The translations under genes and the position numbers were made by a program. Below the pieces are notes generated by a model. That model was not told where the DNA came from. It ran no database searches and saw only the letters and a program-made list of their open reading frames with translations. DNA of 64,000 nucleotides from Antedon mediterranea (lineage: Eukaryota; Animalia; Echinodermata): NCBI RefSeq assembly GCF_964355755.1, contig NC_092674.1, forward strand, positions 3,782,001 through 3,846,000, in the 5' to 3' direction. Below, piece after piece: positions 1 to 22,840 of this stretch; the first letter of the stretch is position 1; every line of letters begins with the position of its first letter.

Positions 1-450
1 TAGGCCTACAAGGACAGCAGCAGAGTACAATTAACCCACCATAGGCCTACAAGGACAGCAGCAGAGTACAATTAACCCACAATTGGCCTACAAGGACAGC
101 ATCAGAGTACAATTAACCCACCATAGGCCTATAAGGACAGCAGCAGAGTACAATTAACCCACCATAGGCCTGTAAGGACAGCAGCAGAGTACAATTAATC
201 CACCATAGGCCTACAAGGACAGCAGCAGAGTACAATTAACCCACCATAGGCCTGTAAGGACAGCAGCAGAGTACAATTAACCCACCATAGGCCTGTAAGG
301 ACAGCAGCAGAGTACAATTAACCCACCATTGGCCTACAAGGGCAGCAGAGTACATTACCCCACCATAGCTAGGCCTACAATAAAAACCGGAGGAAAATTA
401 ACCCACCAGAGGCAAATTAACCCACCAGAGGCCTACAGAGAAGGCAGAGT
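1..450. repeat. 41-bp minisatellite (TAGGCCTACAAGGACAGCAGCAGAGTACAATTAACCCACCA)n in an NHE intron
   Basis: About 8 near-perfect tandem units from position 1, decaying after ~350; truncated by the window edge. Confidence 0.95.
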
Positions 451-548
451 ACAATAATACATTCTCTGCTCTTTGGTTTCGACCCATAGTCAGAAAAATA
501 TTCTCAAAGTAAAATAGTTGTTATTAAAAAGGACAAAATTAGACATAC

Positions 549-3500
549 CATAATGAACTGTTCTAGAGCACCAATTTTGTAAACACGATTACAGTTGGCA
601 ATCCTTGTCAAAAGTGAAACACCTAGAAATTTACCAATATTTTGTGTTAGGTTTCAAAATTTTAATGCCATATTTATTCGAAAAAACGCTCCGCTTTGAA
701 TAAACGCTTTCCCCAAATAAATACACTCCATAGAACATCATTTTTAATAAATGCCCCCCTCAAATAAAATTGTGCCATTTTTCGACAATGAAATATGAGA
801 AAAACTTATAGTATGTTGCTTAAGAATTTTGAAGTAATGGTCTTGTGTTCTATGTTCCTTATTACTTACTAAAAAACCTGTATATGAAGCAGAAGACGAG
901 AGTCAAGAACATGAAGCCATGATCCCACAGCATGTCATGGATCCACAACGTCTGGCCTAAGCTAAAGAAGATTATCGATTCACTCGTCATTCTGTGGAGA
1001 AAACATCAATACTTTATACAAGAAATAGGAATCTGAATAAAAAATGTTTTGCCCAAGCACCATTGCTTTAGATCTTCCACTCCGTCAGTAACATAACCGT
1101 TTTTTATTATTATTATTTTATTAGAGATAGTCAACTTGTACTTACGCCAAAACCTTTATGAAATATGTCACGGTTATATTTGATTTCCGAGAAATATTGG
1201 CAAAAGCATATTCACACTGAGTGAGACCACACCCAATAATTCTATAAAAAAATTATTATTCTTATTATATTATATTCTTTTTAAATATACTAAAAGCATT
1301 ATGCGATCTTTGCTGCAAAATTACAAAAATCATGATCACATTTTCAAACTAGGTTAAAAATTAATAATAATAAATAATTTTAGATATGAAAAAAAACAAT
1401 AATTTTTGTAGATTAGAAATAAATTTATTTCAAATATCATTCATCATTAATATACAATAACGATCAGTTTTTTCCGGGAGAAGAAATTTGGTAATGTATG
1501 TGCCGGATAAATGAAATGATTACAACACAATTTATTAACAAACCCTATTATGCCTGACCAATGAAATAACTCTGCTAAAATATATGACAAGTAAGCCATG
1601 CCAATGATAGCCAACGGTTCCACAACTGAAAATAAAACACAATGTATTAACAAACCCTATTATGCCTGACCAATGAAATAACTCTGCTAAAATATACGAC
1701 AAGTATAAAGATTCTATTTATTTATAATCTAAAGCTCTGTCTACACTATCAAACTTAAAATGTGATGTGCCCATATGTGGATATGATGATGTCATATCAC
1801 TACCATATTTGGGCATATCACTACCATATATTTGGACACATCACACTTTTTTGTCAAACTAGTTTGATAGTGTAGACAGAGCTCAACTATGATTAACTAT
1901 AATTCAAAATATTATCATACCTCGTACATGTTTAGTGAACTTTGTCATGAAAGCTGACAACATACCAACAATAATACCAATCACCAGGCCACCAATACTA
2001 ATGGTAAAAAATGAAAACACTCCAAGAACAACCTAAAGGAAAAAGAAATTCAAAGATGCATTGATTAAATAAACAAGAAAACTAAATGAGCTCATTTACT
2101 AATGTTACAGTAATTGTTGTTATCCTTTGCAAGCCAACTGTCTTTGCCCAAAAGTATAATCCCATGCTTCAGTATAATCCTATCAGTATAATCCTATGTT
2201 TCAGTATAATCCGATGCTTGAGCATAATCCCATGATTGAATATAATTTCATGCTTTAGCATAATCCCATGCTTGAGCAAAATCCCATCAAATTTCATACC
2301 CAGGCTCCATGGGACTATTCTTGGTCATATACGGTAATATCAATCAATCAACATAGCACAGAACTAATAATTCCATTAAATATTTTCATTAAATTTGCTA
2401 AATATCTTTATAATGAAAAGAAACAGACCTGTGAAGGAGGAATGACGTTCATTGCCATGAATGCAACCATCATGTTGTATAAAACCACGGTAACCGCATC
2501 ATTAAGTAAAGATTCTCCAAAAACAAGAAAATACAATCTGGTATTCACATGAATTTCCTGAAAGATTGCCAGAACTGCTACAGGATCCACGGCCGATATG
2601 AGGGCGCTAAATGCAAGACATTGCCAGATCGTTGGTTCAAACGAACCACATGCACCCGCTGCACACACGCCATAAAGGCTGCCACCTAGATGATGGGATA
2701 GTTCATGGTTGGTTGTTAAGCTCTGTCCACACTATCAAACGTGTTTGACAAAAAGTTTGTGCCCAAATATGGTAGTGATATGCCCAAATATATTACTGAT
2801 AATATGACATCATTGTGTAAAAATAAATATGAGCACACCACATTTTTTTTGTCACATAATGTTTGATAGTGTAGACAGAACATTAGACTAAGATCAGACT
2901 GTTGAGTCTGCATAGAGTAGATTAGATAAGACAAATGACATTTCTGACATACCTATTAATCCAAAATTGAGTAATGATCCCTACAACATGAAAAAAAAAC
3001 ATTTACAGTTCTATAAATAGATAAATAAATGCCAACAAAATTAAAACATTTTATTTGCACACTACAGACTATTTTCTGAAGGTGATACAAATCAAGATGC
3101 TAGGTTCCAAGTGACTATGCAGTACTATAAGTATACATCTATATATTAAAAAAGAGAGCGTACATTTGTACATTAATTTTGTTCGTTCAAAATGACAGAA
3201 ATTGTTACTAATTTAACTAAATTTGAAAACCACTATAGTAACATACAATAGGCCTACTGTTAGATTTGTAGCATACGATGATGTTAAAGATATATTGTCG
3301 CCCTGAAATATAATTTTGTATTTTTTTTGTTTAATAATACTTATCCACTTTCAACAATAATTGAATAAAAAAAAAATTATTTACCAGAAAAAACTGTAAT
3401 TTAAAGAAAAAATAGTCAAATTGGTTGACAGCCAATGGGGTTTTTGGTTGAATTTGACCATTTATTTTGTCATTTTATATGAGAAAACATGATTTTTTTT

Positions 3501-5576
3501 TATTTATGGAAGGGATTTACTTTATTAAAACTACAAAATAACCTATTCAAAGTCTGATTTAATTAATCTTCATTTTTCATATTTTTGGGGGAAAATACAT
3601 CTTTAAGATAATAATTTTAAGATAGTTGGTTGTGTAACTTATGGTTGATTTTAAGACAAAAAAAAGTAAATAAAAATTGGAAATGTATTGCAGATTGGAG
3701 GAGAATTAGGCACAAGACATGAATAGGAATGACTAGTGTCAAATAGATAGATGACTTACAATAACTGCATATAACAATATAGTGAATAGATTATTGGTAA
3801 ACACTCTGTCATACAATGAATATGCTGACTCTAGGATGATTCTAGGGAGAAAATAAAATAGAAATTCATCATGTATGATGAATGAAAGATGGTATAAGTT
3901 TTTTTATTGTACTAATTTCTGAGCACAAGGTCAAGGGTTCAATGACCTGCACAAGGAAACACCAGGTTGCAGTCTCTAAATTAAGCTGAGTAAATCCATT
4001 CATTCATTCATTCATTCATTCATTCGTGGAAATCATCATTTCCTTTTATTTTCATTTGCATATACAGTAAAACAAAATATATACATAGACATTTTTTCTT
4101 ATAATAAAATTTAATGACAAAAAAGATCAACATTTTAGAACCATCATAGAACCATTCTCAAGAAAAAAAAATATATATATAAAATTAACAAAATACAAAA
4201 GAAATAGAAAATATGATTTACTTACGGTGGAAGAAGGTAAAGGAAAAACGTTGTTTCGTCAAATGATAAATACTTTGATTCTTTTGAGAAACTGAAAACA
4301 AATTAAAAGACAATGGACTGAATTATACAAACAAAATTCACAATATATTATTGTAATTAGTTGTATAGTTGTAATTTTTATATATTGGGGTTTTTTCTCC
4401 TAATTTGTTGGTTCAAAAGAAAGTACACTAAAGCTCTATAAAGAATATGTTAAGCCCTTATATGGACATAATGTAGTCATATAACTACCATATTTGGGCA
4501 CATCACACTTTTTTGTCAAACTAGTTTGATAGTGTAGACTGAGCTTTATATATGCATCTGTTTTGCTGAGGTTATCACATAGATTATTGACTAACGTAAA
4601 GCATTGCTGGCCTCTGGCCAATAATACTATACAGTAGTTAATTAATTTGGACAGCCTCAGCGCAGAAAGTACAAGGATATGCCCCGGCTCTTCCTTGGGA
4701 AATTAAATAAATTGCGAGAAGACAATTTAATTCTCAAGCTACAATTCAAAATGTCATTTATTTCTGCTGCTGTGTTGTTTGGTATGTGGTAATTTAGGGC
4801 CATTACCCACATGTGCAATTGGTTACATTTCAACATAACCACTTTGTGATAGGACAACCATATATGATTCTAGCATCCTGAAATCTCAATGAATTATTTC
4901 CCTACAAAACTATTAAAATGGGTGTAAAGAATACTATTAATAGAAAAGCTGAAAAAAAAATGTTTGGTTTTGCATAGTTGGCGACTAAAAATGGATCTTA
5001 CGTGATTGCACCAAAAATTGTACCAACAACAATAAGCAAGGCTGATTCTGGAACATGTGAAGATAAAACTTCAAACTTGTGAAAAACTATAAAACAAAAT
5101 GCATCAAAGTCATAAAAAAATAATACTCTAAACATTCATGTAATATTGTACCAAATACATAGTGTTGATTCATCTATTGTAGCTCCAAATGGAGCAGATC
5201 CCGGGGGATGGGGGAACACGTCCCCTCAAAGCAAACTCATCGGAAATCCTAACTTAGGTTTTTTGCTTCTCGAATGTTACCCAATTCCAACCAGAGAACA
5301 GGAGTTGTACCAGGTCTTACCAATTTTAGCAACTCCAGCCATCAACACAGCTAGAGTGATTGTTAACGGAAGCTCCACATGGTCAATGTTCCATTGAGCG
5401 AGGTGGACACCATGTTCAGCATGCTCATTATCCGTGTGCTCATCTGTTGTGCCATTATTCTCAAGTTCTCCTTCTCCTATATCTTCATATTTGGTGTCTG
5501 TTTCTGTGCTCGCTAATGTTAAATTAATTAAGGTCAGTGCCAAAAAAACTGAAAATAAATATTTCGTCTCCGTCAT
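549..5576 (-). CDS. Sodium/hydrogen exchanger, CPA1/SLC9A plasma-membrane type (NHE2/NHE3-like); 5' part, gene continues off the left edge
   Basis: In-frame GT-AG exons: 5576-5321, 5086-5002, 4291-4226, 3841-3760, 2980-2953, 2685-2429, 2032-1921, 1625-1544, 1241-1146, 991-870, 622-549. Encodes a signal-peptide-like N-terminus and the hallmark motifs [56 protein letters not shown] and SESIIF. A likely non-coding exon donor lies near 5826. Confidence 0.93.
1733..1883. mobile_element. MITE family A (PIF/Harbinger/Tourist-like); representative copy
   Basis: 23-bp TIR AGCTCTGTCTACACTATCAAACT with TAA/TTA flanks and an internal 20-bp repeat ATATCACTACCATATTTGGG(C). Other full or partial copies start near 2719, 4433, 16335, 16778, 17613, 20021, 26485, 26840, 26982, 34436, 34920, 36793, 39289, 40208, 53327, 56761, 57082, 57440, 58474, 59317 and 63840. 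Confidence 0.9.
2150..2290. repeat. Degenerate ~19-bp tandem repeat (AGTATAATCCCATGCTTC-like)
   Basis: Repeated ATAATCCCATG core in an NHE intron. Confidence 0.75.
3288..3602. mobile_element. Kolobok-like non-autonomous DNA element
   Basis: TTAA|AGATATATTGTCGCCC ... GGGGGAAAATACATCT|TTAA: TTAA target duplication with imperfect AG..CT TIRs. Confidence 0.6.
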
Positions 5577-6598
5577 GGTTTTTTTTTATAACTCCAAAGG
5601 CTGAAAAATAAATATAACATTTTAAAACAAAAATTAAAACAATACAATATATTACAAAATTACATAAAATGGTAACAACAAGCGGAAAGGGTTCTCTAAA
5701 CCTCTAAAGTTCAATCTACCCCATTGGGTCACTTTATTCCTATTTTCATTACTTATTTTTACAGATGTCTTTATTATCTTACATTAATAATTCAACCTAG
5801 GCCTAGCATAATAGGAGATAACTCACCAGGGACTCGGCCGGATAGAGAATGCACCGCTTCCGCCTCGCCTCGTTCAACAATGCGTGTGTTATGATTCTGA
5901 CGGAGCCTAACATAACAGTTTATTTGGATGTGTATATAAAACAAACAGAATCCAGGTCAAGTAGAAGCACGTCACGGTAGAAAGTTCGGCGCTGTTCGGC
6001 GCTAATGCAGTTTCGTACCCACCCCTTAAAATTACTCAAAATGCAAACTCATCCAGAATATTATGGGTGGGTTGAGTTGTGTATGTGGCCTTTGTTTACA
6101 TTTTCCTTCATTGCACGCTTCGTTGAACTTCCGCACTCGCGACTCGCTTTATCCGGTCTCTTTAAACACACTTCTGACCAATGAATGATCAGCTGATAAT
6201 CTACTACCACTACAATATTTACGGGAGCGATAAAGACGGGGAAGAGTCAAGTAAATATAGACTGCTCAGGCCTACCTATTTCTTGGACACAAAGACAGAA
6301 AAGGAATCAATGTCTTCTGTAAATAAGCGCGCCGTTTTAACAAGAAAAGGAGAAGCCCCACACAACACAGACAAAAATAGATTACACGATGAATAGGCCT
6401 ATTATTTATTCGGCAGTTAAAGTAGCCCGAAGAGTTAGACTGCAGAAAAATCTATAACAATTTAGTTACTATAGACACCCAATCACCCTAAAATACTATC
6501 TTTATTTTTATGTGTAGTCTAGTAAAATACTTTTATTTTCAGTCTTCGAATTGTACTGTACTGTTCAGTTCATTGTCTAGCCAACAAAAATCTCCACT

Positions 6599-7321
6599 TT
6601 ATTCTAAATGTTCTGCATATCGATTATTAACATTAGGCCTATCCTCTTCTCTAGAAAATGTCCACCTATCAGTCGAGCGTTCATCGCCACCGCTGGATGA
6701 CGTACAGATCAACGTAAATCCATGTTGAGAAATTTCTTTAAAAAGTTTGAGTCGATTTACAGATGTTCCTCGGGGAGTTGTCAATCCATAGACCTGGGCC
6801 TTTTTTAACTGATTTTTGTAATTAGTCATATGGACAAAACAACTTTTTATTGCCGATAATTGATCGATTAACTTAGAATCGCCGAAGATCAACCACTGTC
6901 CGTTAGCGCACTCAAATTCCACTTCTAAGAACTCACACGATTGTGATGTCTCGCTTTGTTCTTTATTCTTCTGTAAATCTTCTTTAATTTGTTCTCGTTT
7001 GTCATTAATAGCTTGGATGAGATCTTGTATCTGGTAGAAATCTGCTTCCGCAGATAAAATGTCCCATTCTTTGAATCCGTCAGGTAGAATGAGCTTTGAA
7101 CGACGGAGAAAGTTCAGAACGTGTCGAAACGTTGGACCGTCGCCGTCAATGACGTAGCTATTGTAATCGTCGACGTTTGACGGTAAACGGCCGCTGAACA
7201 TGGAACCGAGCATTGAGTCCGGAAAACGTGTTAGGGTTGAGCGACTTGTAAAATAACGGCACCCTCCTACGTTCAAGTTTAGGACCTCGTCTGGTCTCCC
7301 TTCTGGAGCAGACGATTCCAT
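6599..7321 (-). CDS. BTB/POZ (T1-type) KCTD family protein, KCTD6/21/15-like, intronless CDS, 240 aa
   Basis: LNVGG..Y.TSRSTL.RFPDSML..MF, IDGDGPTFRHVLNFLR and EADFYQI are the KCTD BTB signature; the C-terminal GFTLICTSSSGG..W.F resembles the KCTD C-terminal domain. Confidence 0.92.
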   Translation of the reverse strand: MESSAPEGRPDEVLNLNVGGCRYFTSRSTLTRFPDSMLGSMFSGRLPSNVDDYNSYVIDGDGPTFRHVLNFLRRSKLILPDGFKEWDILSAEADFYQIQDLIQAINDKREQIKEDLQKNKEQSETSQSCEFLEVEFECANGQWLIFGDSKLIDQLSAIKSCFVHMTNYKNQLKKAQVYGLTTPRGTSVNRLKLFKEISQHGFTLICTSSSGGDERSTDRWTFSREEDRPNVNNRYAEHLE

Positions 7322-8274
7322 ATCGAATCCGGGAAAAAACTGGTTTATGTTTGAGCGTTTCTCGTGATGCCTCGGTTTAAGTTAGGTAGGCAAATCACAC
7401 TATCTGTAGCGGGTACAAGAACGATTATCGGTCACCCACACATGCCTACCACCTAGACAATGGAGGTGCCTAGACTGAGCAGGAAACGTTATCGATGATG
7501 GTATAGCACCAGTAACTAGCAGGATAAGAGAGGCAGACGAATTAAAAGACCACCAGAATATACAGAGAAAGCTTCCACTCGATTAATGTCGTATACCTGC
7601 TACGACAACGACACGCGGATCGTCGCGTCCAAGACCTGCTTACGTTAGTTACATAGGCCTACCACATGAGGCATCCTCTAGACTAACAGACGAATCCATC
7701 TTATATTCACATTTCAACATGCAGAATGAAAAATGCAACAAATTGTTCATAAATCCCTATTATAATAGCTGACTGCAGCAATACACAAATGCCGATTTAT
7801 TGGCCGGCAATGTGCATGCATAATATCGCAATAATCCGCTAAATTACTCCGTGATATAATTAAACGTCAGATAGTCGGCTATTTCACCAGCTGTTGCTTT
7901 TTCGTATTTTACTGAGCAATAAATCAATCGTTTTTTGCACATAATTGTGTTGTGTATATAAACAAAGCAATTCAATAACGTCATGATGTTGAGCTCCTAA
8001 TGGATCGCGACTATTGAATATCACTGCATATATTACACTAATACAGTATAGGTCTTCTGCAGTTTAGGCCTACATTATTTTAACCAGGTAGATATTTAAA
8101 CACGTACATTGGCACCTTCATTCCTCGCCAGACAGATTGTCTTTTACGTCATACACATAGCACTGAAGTCTTGTTCTGAAATTTATTTGGCAGAATATAA
8201 ATATCTCTGTAGTAGACACGCGTAACCTATATTATTATTCACAAAACTGGAACCCAGACTATTGAGTTACGTAA

Positions 8275-8575
8275 AGCGTGGTTCACACTAGAACGCGACG
8301 CAAAGTGATTTATTGCGTAATCACAAGTGGAAACCGACGAAGCAACAGTGCTGCGAAATTCGCAGGTTGGATTTCACGCAGGGGGGGGGAGAGGAAGGGG
8401 AAAACACAATTATTGGAAGGGCATTTTCTTACGTTGCGTCGTTTGCGTTACGTAACGTCGCTAGTGTGGGAACCACGCTTCAGGAAGGACGTAGACGCAA
8501 CGCAAGCGAGTTGACCAATCCACCGCATATGATTGGTCAAATCACTTTTCGTTGCGTCCTAGTGGGAACCAAGCT
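8275..8575. mobile_element. MITE family B (Harbinger-like, CpG-rich); representative copy
   Basis: TIR AGC(T/G)TGGTTC(C/A)CACTAG ... CTAGTGGGAACCAAGCT with TAA/TTA flanks and internal ACGCAACGCAAG repeats. Relatives at ~17125, 28409-28587, 29006-29193, 29440-29620, 29650-29867, 44158-44271, 46897-47056, 48245-48423 and 49427-49872. Confidence 0.88.
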
Positions 8576-8669
8576 TTATTAATGAGGACGGTTCTATTCT
8601 ACACTAAATTCATTTTTTCACGATTTTTGTTTGGGTTCCCATGTGAACGTAACTTCTACAAATTAGCAT

Positions 8670-8710
8670 AAAACAACAACAAAACACGTTTGCAACATTT
8701 GTATTTTATT
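8670..8710 (-). terminator. Probable distal polyadenylation signal of DDX3/PL10
   Basis: Minus-strand AATAAA (8710-8705) followed by a GU/U-rich downstream element (GTGTTTTGTTGTTGTTTT). Confidence 0.5.
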
Positions 8711-11700
8711 AACTTGGGAAAAGAAAGAACCCACCGTTTGACAACACTTTGCATAATTTCCCCACGTACATAAATATTGTCTGTAATAACTGTAGTTTTA
8801 TTTTTTAAGTAATATATTGCATAAAAGCTACACAACTATATTTCTCTAAGATATCAAAAACAGAATACGTCTTTAACACACAGTAAAAATGTTGGTAAGA
8901 CAAAACGAAAGATATGGCCAGTTAAGGCCTGTTTTACATTAAGTGCTGACGTCATAATTGAGCGTGAACAACCATGGGTTCTTAAAAAAATACTAAAAAA
9001 AAAACTCTGTTGCTCCATTAACTATACTCTCCAAAAACAAATTAAGCGATTCACACGTGGAAGTAATGTCATTGTATCCACATATTAAGGGAGACACAAA
9101 CAATGTACCTTTTTCTTTGGTCATAACACCATTTTGAAATAAAAAAGTATAATTAAAATACTATTGCTAATGATACTAACCTTATCAGCTATGTATGTAC
9201 TGGTATTTATTAACATTGTATTTAAATTCTTATTCGGAACACATAAATAATATGAATACAACTTTACATTAATATCGTAAAAACATAGCAACAAAAGCTG
9301 TAATTGGATGTGTATACAACTTTTGATATTAAATAACTTTTGTACTGTTTTTTCTTTCTTTATAAATCGCATTATACACTGGTTATGCGACATTTCTTAC
9401 TTTTGAATGCTACAGTAAATGCAGCATTGAGATGTCCATCGCATTCACTTTTAAAAAAGCTGATATTAACATGTTTAAAATCTATAATCGAGCACCATTG
9501 CAAATGCTACGTCGCAAATCTATTGAATATAATAAAACACAGACGTAAATGTCTGCAACAATTCATACGGCATTGACTCATCTCGCACTGTGGACGGCAC
9601 AATTATAAAATGTATACACTGGTTAATAGAAGTATGTGTGTACATTATAACTTCCTTAATACACTCAAGGAAGACTACAAGCAACCTCAATTACAATATG
9701 CCACATAGTCTTGTGACATCACACAGTACACACCCATATAAGGCACTCGGAACCTAGTACCTGTCAATCACGAATCGCATACTTAATCTTATAATGCCTC
9801 CTTTTGTAAGCTTTTGTTAAATATTTTTTTTAACGCGCGCATGACGAATGCACTGGCTGGCAAGATATTAAAAACGGTATTGGCACAAGTAATGTCTTAG
9901 TGTTACAACACTAGAACATTTTTTTTTCATATACATAATATGTGAAAATGGATCAAGGCGATTTAAGACAACTATTGGTAGGTAAACAACCTACCCTGCC
10001 AATATAACCAGTATACAATACATACAAATTATGACCAATTAACTAATATTTAAAAAAGGTAAAATGTTCATAGAAGACGGTCAATACAAAAAGGTCATCT
10101 GTGTCTCCCATTACTGGTCTTTTAGGTCAAAGGTCAATACAGTTTCATTCTCTCATTCGTTAGTCTCTCCTGGGACAAATGTACATTGCATTTGATAAAC
10201 TATATTTAGATTATATTAAATAAGCCACCTTAGCAGCAATTGATCGTTGGTAATGTCCTAAATGAGCTGTTTTTCTTTTAAAAAACACCCAGATTAGCAC
10301 ATTATATCTAACCTAGGTAATAAAATAAGAAAATACAAATTTACCTACTACTGTAGGACTAAGGTCATATATTTAGCCCTTTTAATTTGTATACCATCTA
10401 CTGACAACCAACACTAGGTGGTACAGTAGAAACAGTCTGGATAATAAATCTTATTATCATCCCAGTTTTCATTCGCTCTTAGCACACAACGTTTAGCCGA
10501 GCGAACTTTACGTATATTTACAGAGATACAAATCATAAGAGTAGGCCATTTGCATATTCTACGTAACATACAATGGATCTCTCCTCAAATAGAAAGACGC
10601 ATTGCACTTGTTAGAAAAGTCAATTTTCTTAATGTATGAATAAATATAAGGCTTCAACAAATAAAAAAAAATCTTAATTTTGTAGACATGTACAGTGTTA
10701 ATACTAAGATTAAAATTCAAAATGTCTTTGGTTGGCGCAACAGATATTAAACCTTTTGAGGCACAATTCGAAAGACATATGAAAATTGATTATTAATGTA
10801 ATATATCATTACATTACATCGCATAAAAAATAAACTTGTTTGTCAGAGTATAACAACAACTATGAATATGTTATCATCAGTATTAAGTAAAACCTTATAT
10901 ATAATTTAATTTAAAACTTTGTGCAATGGTGGCTACCTATACATGTTTTCTTCAACCTACCGACTAGCATCCCAGGAGAGAAGTGTAATACTATAATATT
11001 GATCATTGATGCGGAAAAACGTGAAGAAATATGTACATTAATAACGTTGATTAAACACGGATCAAAACATGAAGTACCTTGTATTAACACCCATTCACAC
11101 AAATCTGAGGAATGTTAATTTTTAAAATAAAGCGAATGGTATCAACTCTGATATTTAATTGTTAAAAAAAAAAAATCAGAAATATTTACTATATCATTTC
11201 TAGATAGCGTTGTAACAATAATTTATCTGAACAATAAATACACGCTTAATAACTAATAGAATATAATTGATTGCAAAACTTGTTTTATGTTCTTTCACTG
11301 GAAGGATACGATAACCAACTAGCATAAAATCAAACATAAGCACAATTATATATAGATTCAGTTTGTATGTCTGTGGACAAAGCCACTCACACACAGTTAT
11401 CGTAACAAACGTTTCCTTAAGTATGTAGGCGAACTGAACGCCTAACATTTTAGACAAATTGGTTTCACTTTTTCACCGATTAAAATATGCATTGTAATGA
11501 CCTTACATAGTCTCGCCATATATTCACATTTGGAGAGTTCTCTTCTATAAGGAAGACAATGGAACAACATAAGTTTTAACTAAAAACAAGCACAATAACG
11601 AATCAACTTGCCCCTATCATTTTTTCCAATTTTTTTTTCTAGTAACCATCATTAATTTGAGTCTATAAGTACACCAAATAGCTTTTTTTTTTTATCTGCT

Positions 11701-12024
11701 TGAATTAGAAATAGGGCACTTGACAACGATATCGAAAATTGCCCAAGCAACACTAAATTCTTCATTCAGAAATTTCTATTATCTTATGATCACAAATTTT
11801 GTTATATCTACCAATTTTGGTGCTGAACAAAGAATCCAAAAACACATCTGAAGGCAAGAAGTAGTAATAGCACTTCAAACCTCCTTCATATACAAATTTA
11901 AAGCCCCACAATTATTAAACGATCAAGAGATTAAGCAATCCTAACATGCTAATTAACAATGACTTTAAGCAAAGACTTACTAAACATTGTTGCTCTACTT
12001 AAACAGCGTTCTCGTGTAAACTTC

Positions 12025-22528
<10,504 letters not shown>

Positions 22529-22589
22529 AACTGAAATTATTTACTAAAAAGTGATCTTAGTGAAAGGTAGAGGCTTCTTTTCTCAGCAG

Positions 22590-22840
22590 CACACACAGAG
22601 AAAAAGAGAACGAGACACCGGAAATTACGTAGACATGATTTATTTAAACGATTAAAAATTAATATATTTTGTAAAAATAAAATAATTTAAATGCGAAAAT
22701 AATTTTTATAACAATCTTGACATATTATAAATTATTCCAATGTAAAACTGTATATTTTTCTATTAAAATTATTTTCACAAATCTAAAAAGATTTGTTTTA
22801 AACTTTGACCTGTCTCTTTTATCGTCTTTTGGTGAAGGTG
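22590..22840. promoter_or_regulatory. Bidirectional DDX3/RPL8 promoter with polypyrimidine (TCT-like) initiators
   Basis: Minus-strand TTCTCTTTTTCTCT at 22610-22597; plus-strand CTCTTTT at 22814-22820 followed by donor AAG|GTGAAC at 22838; ETS-type ACCGGAAAT at 22617-22625. Confidence 0.65.

Noticed and set aside
1-450. Regular repeats resembling a CRISPR array (also 14977-15560, 20447-20818, 53735-54302)
   Set aside because: Units are head-to-tail with no unique spacers, there are no cas genes, and the context is eukaryotic introns; these are minisatellites.
3842-3905. Intron end translating as [18 protein letters not shown], similar to the preceding NHE exon ([16 protein letters not shown])
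   Set aside because: There is an in-frame TAA just upstream, no separate splice sites and low nucleotide similarity; it is most simply a polypyrimidine-tract coincidence.
8278-8582. ORF-track ORFs in MITE-B, MITE-A and minisatellites (e.g. 16362, 29564, 34701, 54002)
   Set aside because: They are chance frames within non-coding repeats, with no transposase or other domain similarity.
10124-10136. Perfect DR1 nuclear-receptor elements AGGTCAAAGGTCA (also TGACCTTTGACCT at ~20200)
   Set aside because: Isolated motif matches without conservation or binding data are not enough to call regulatory sites.
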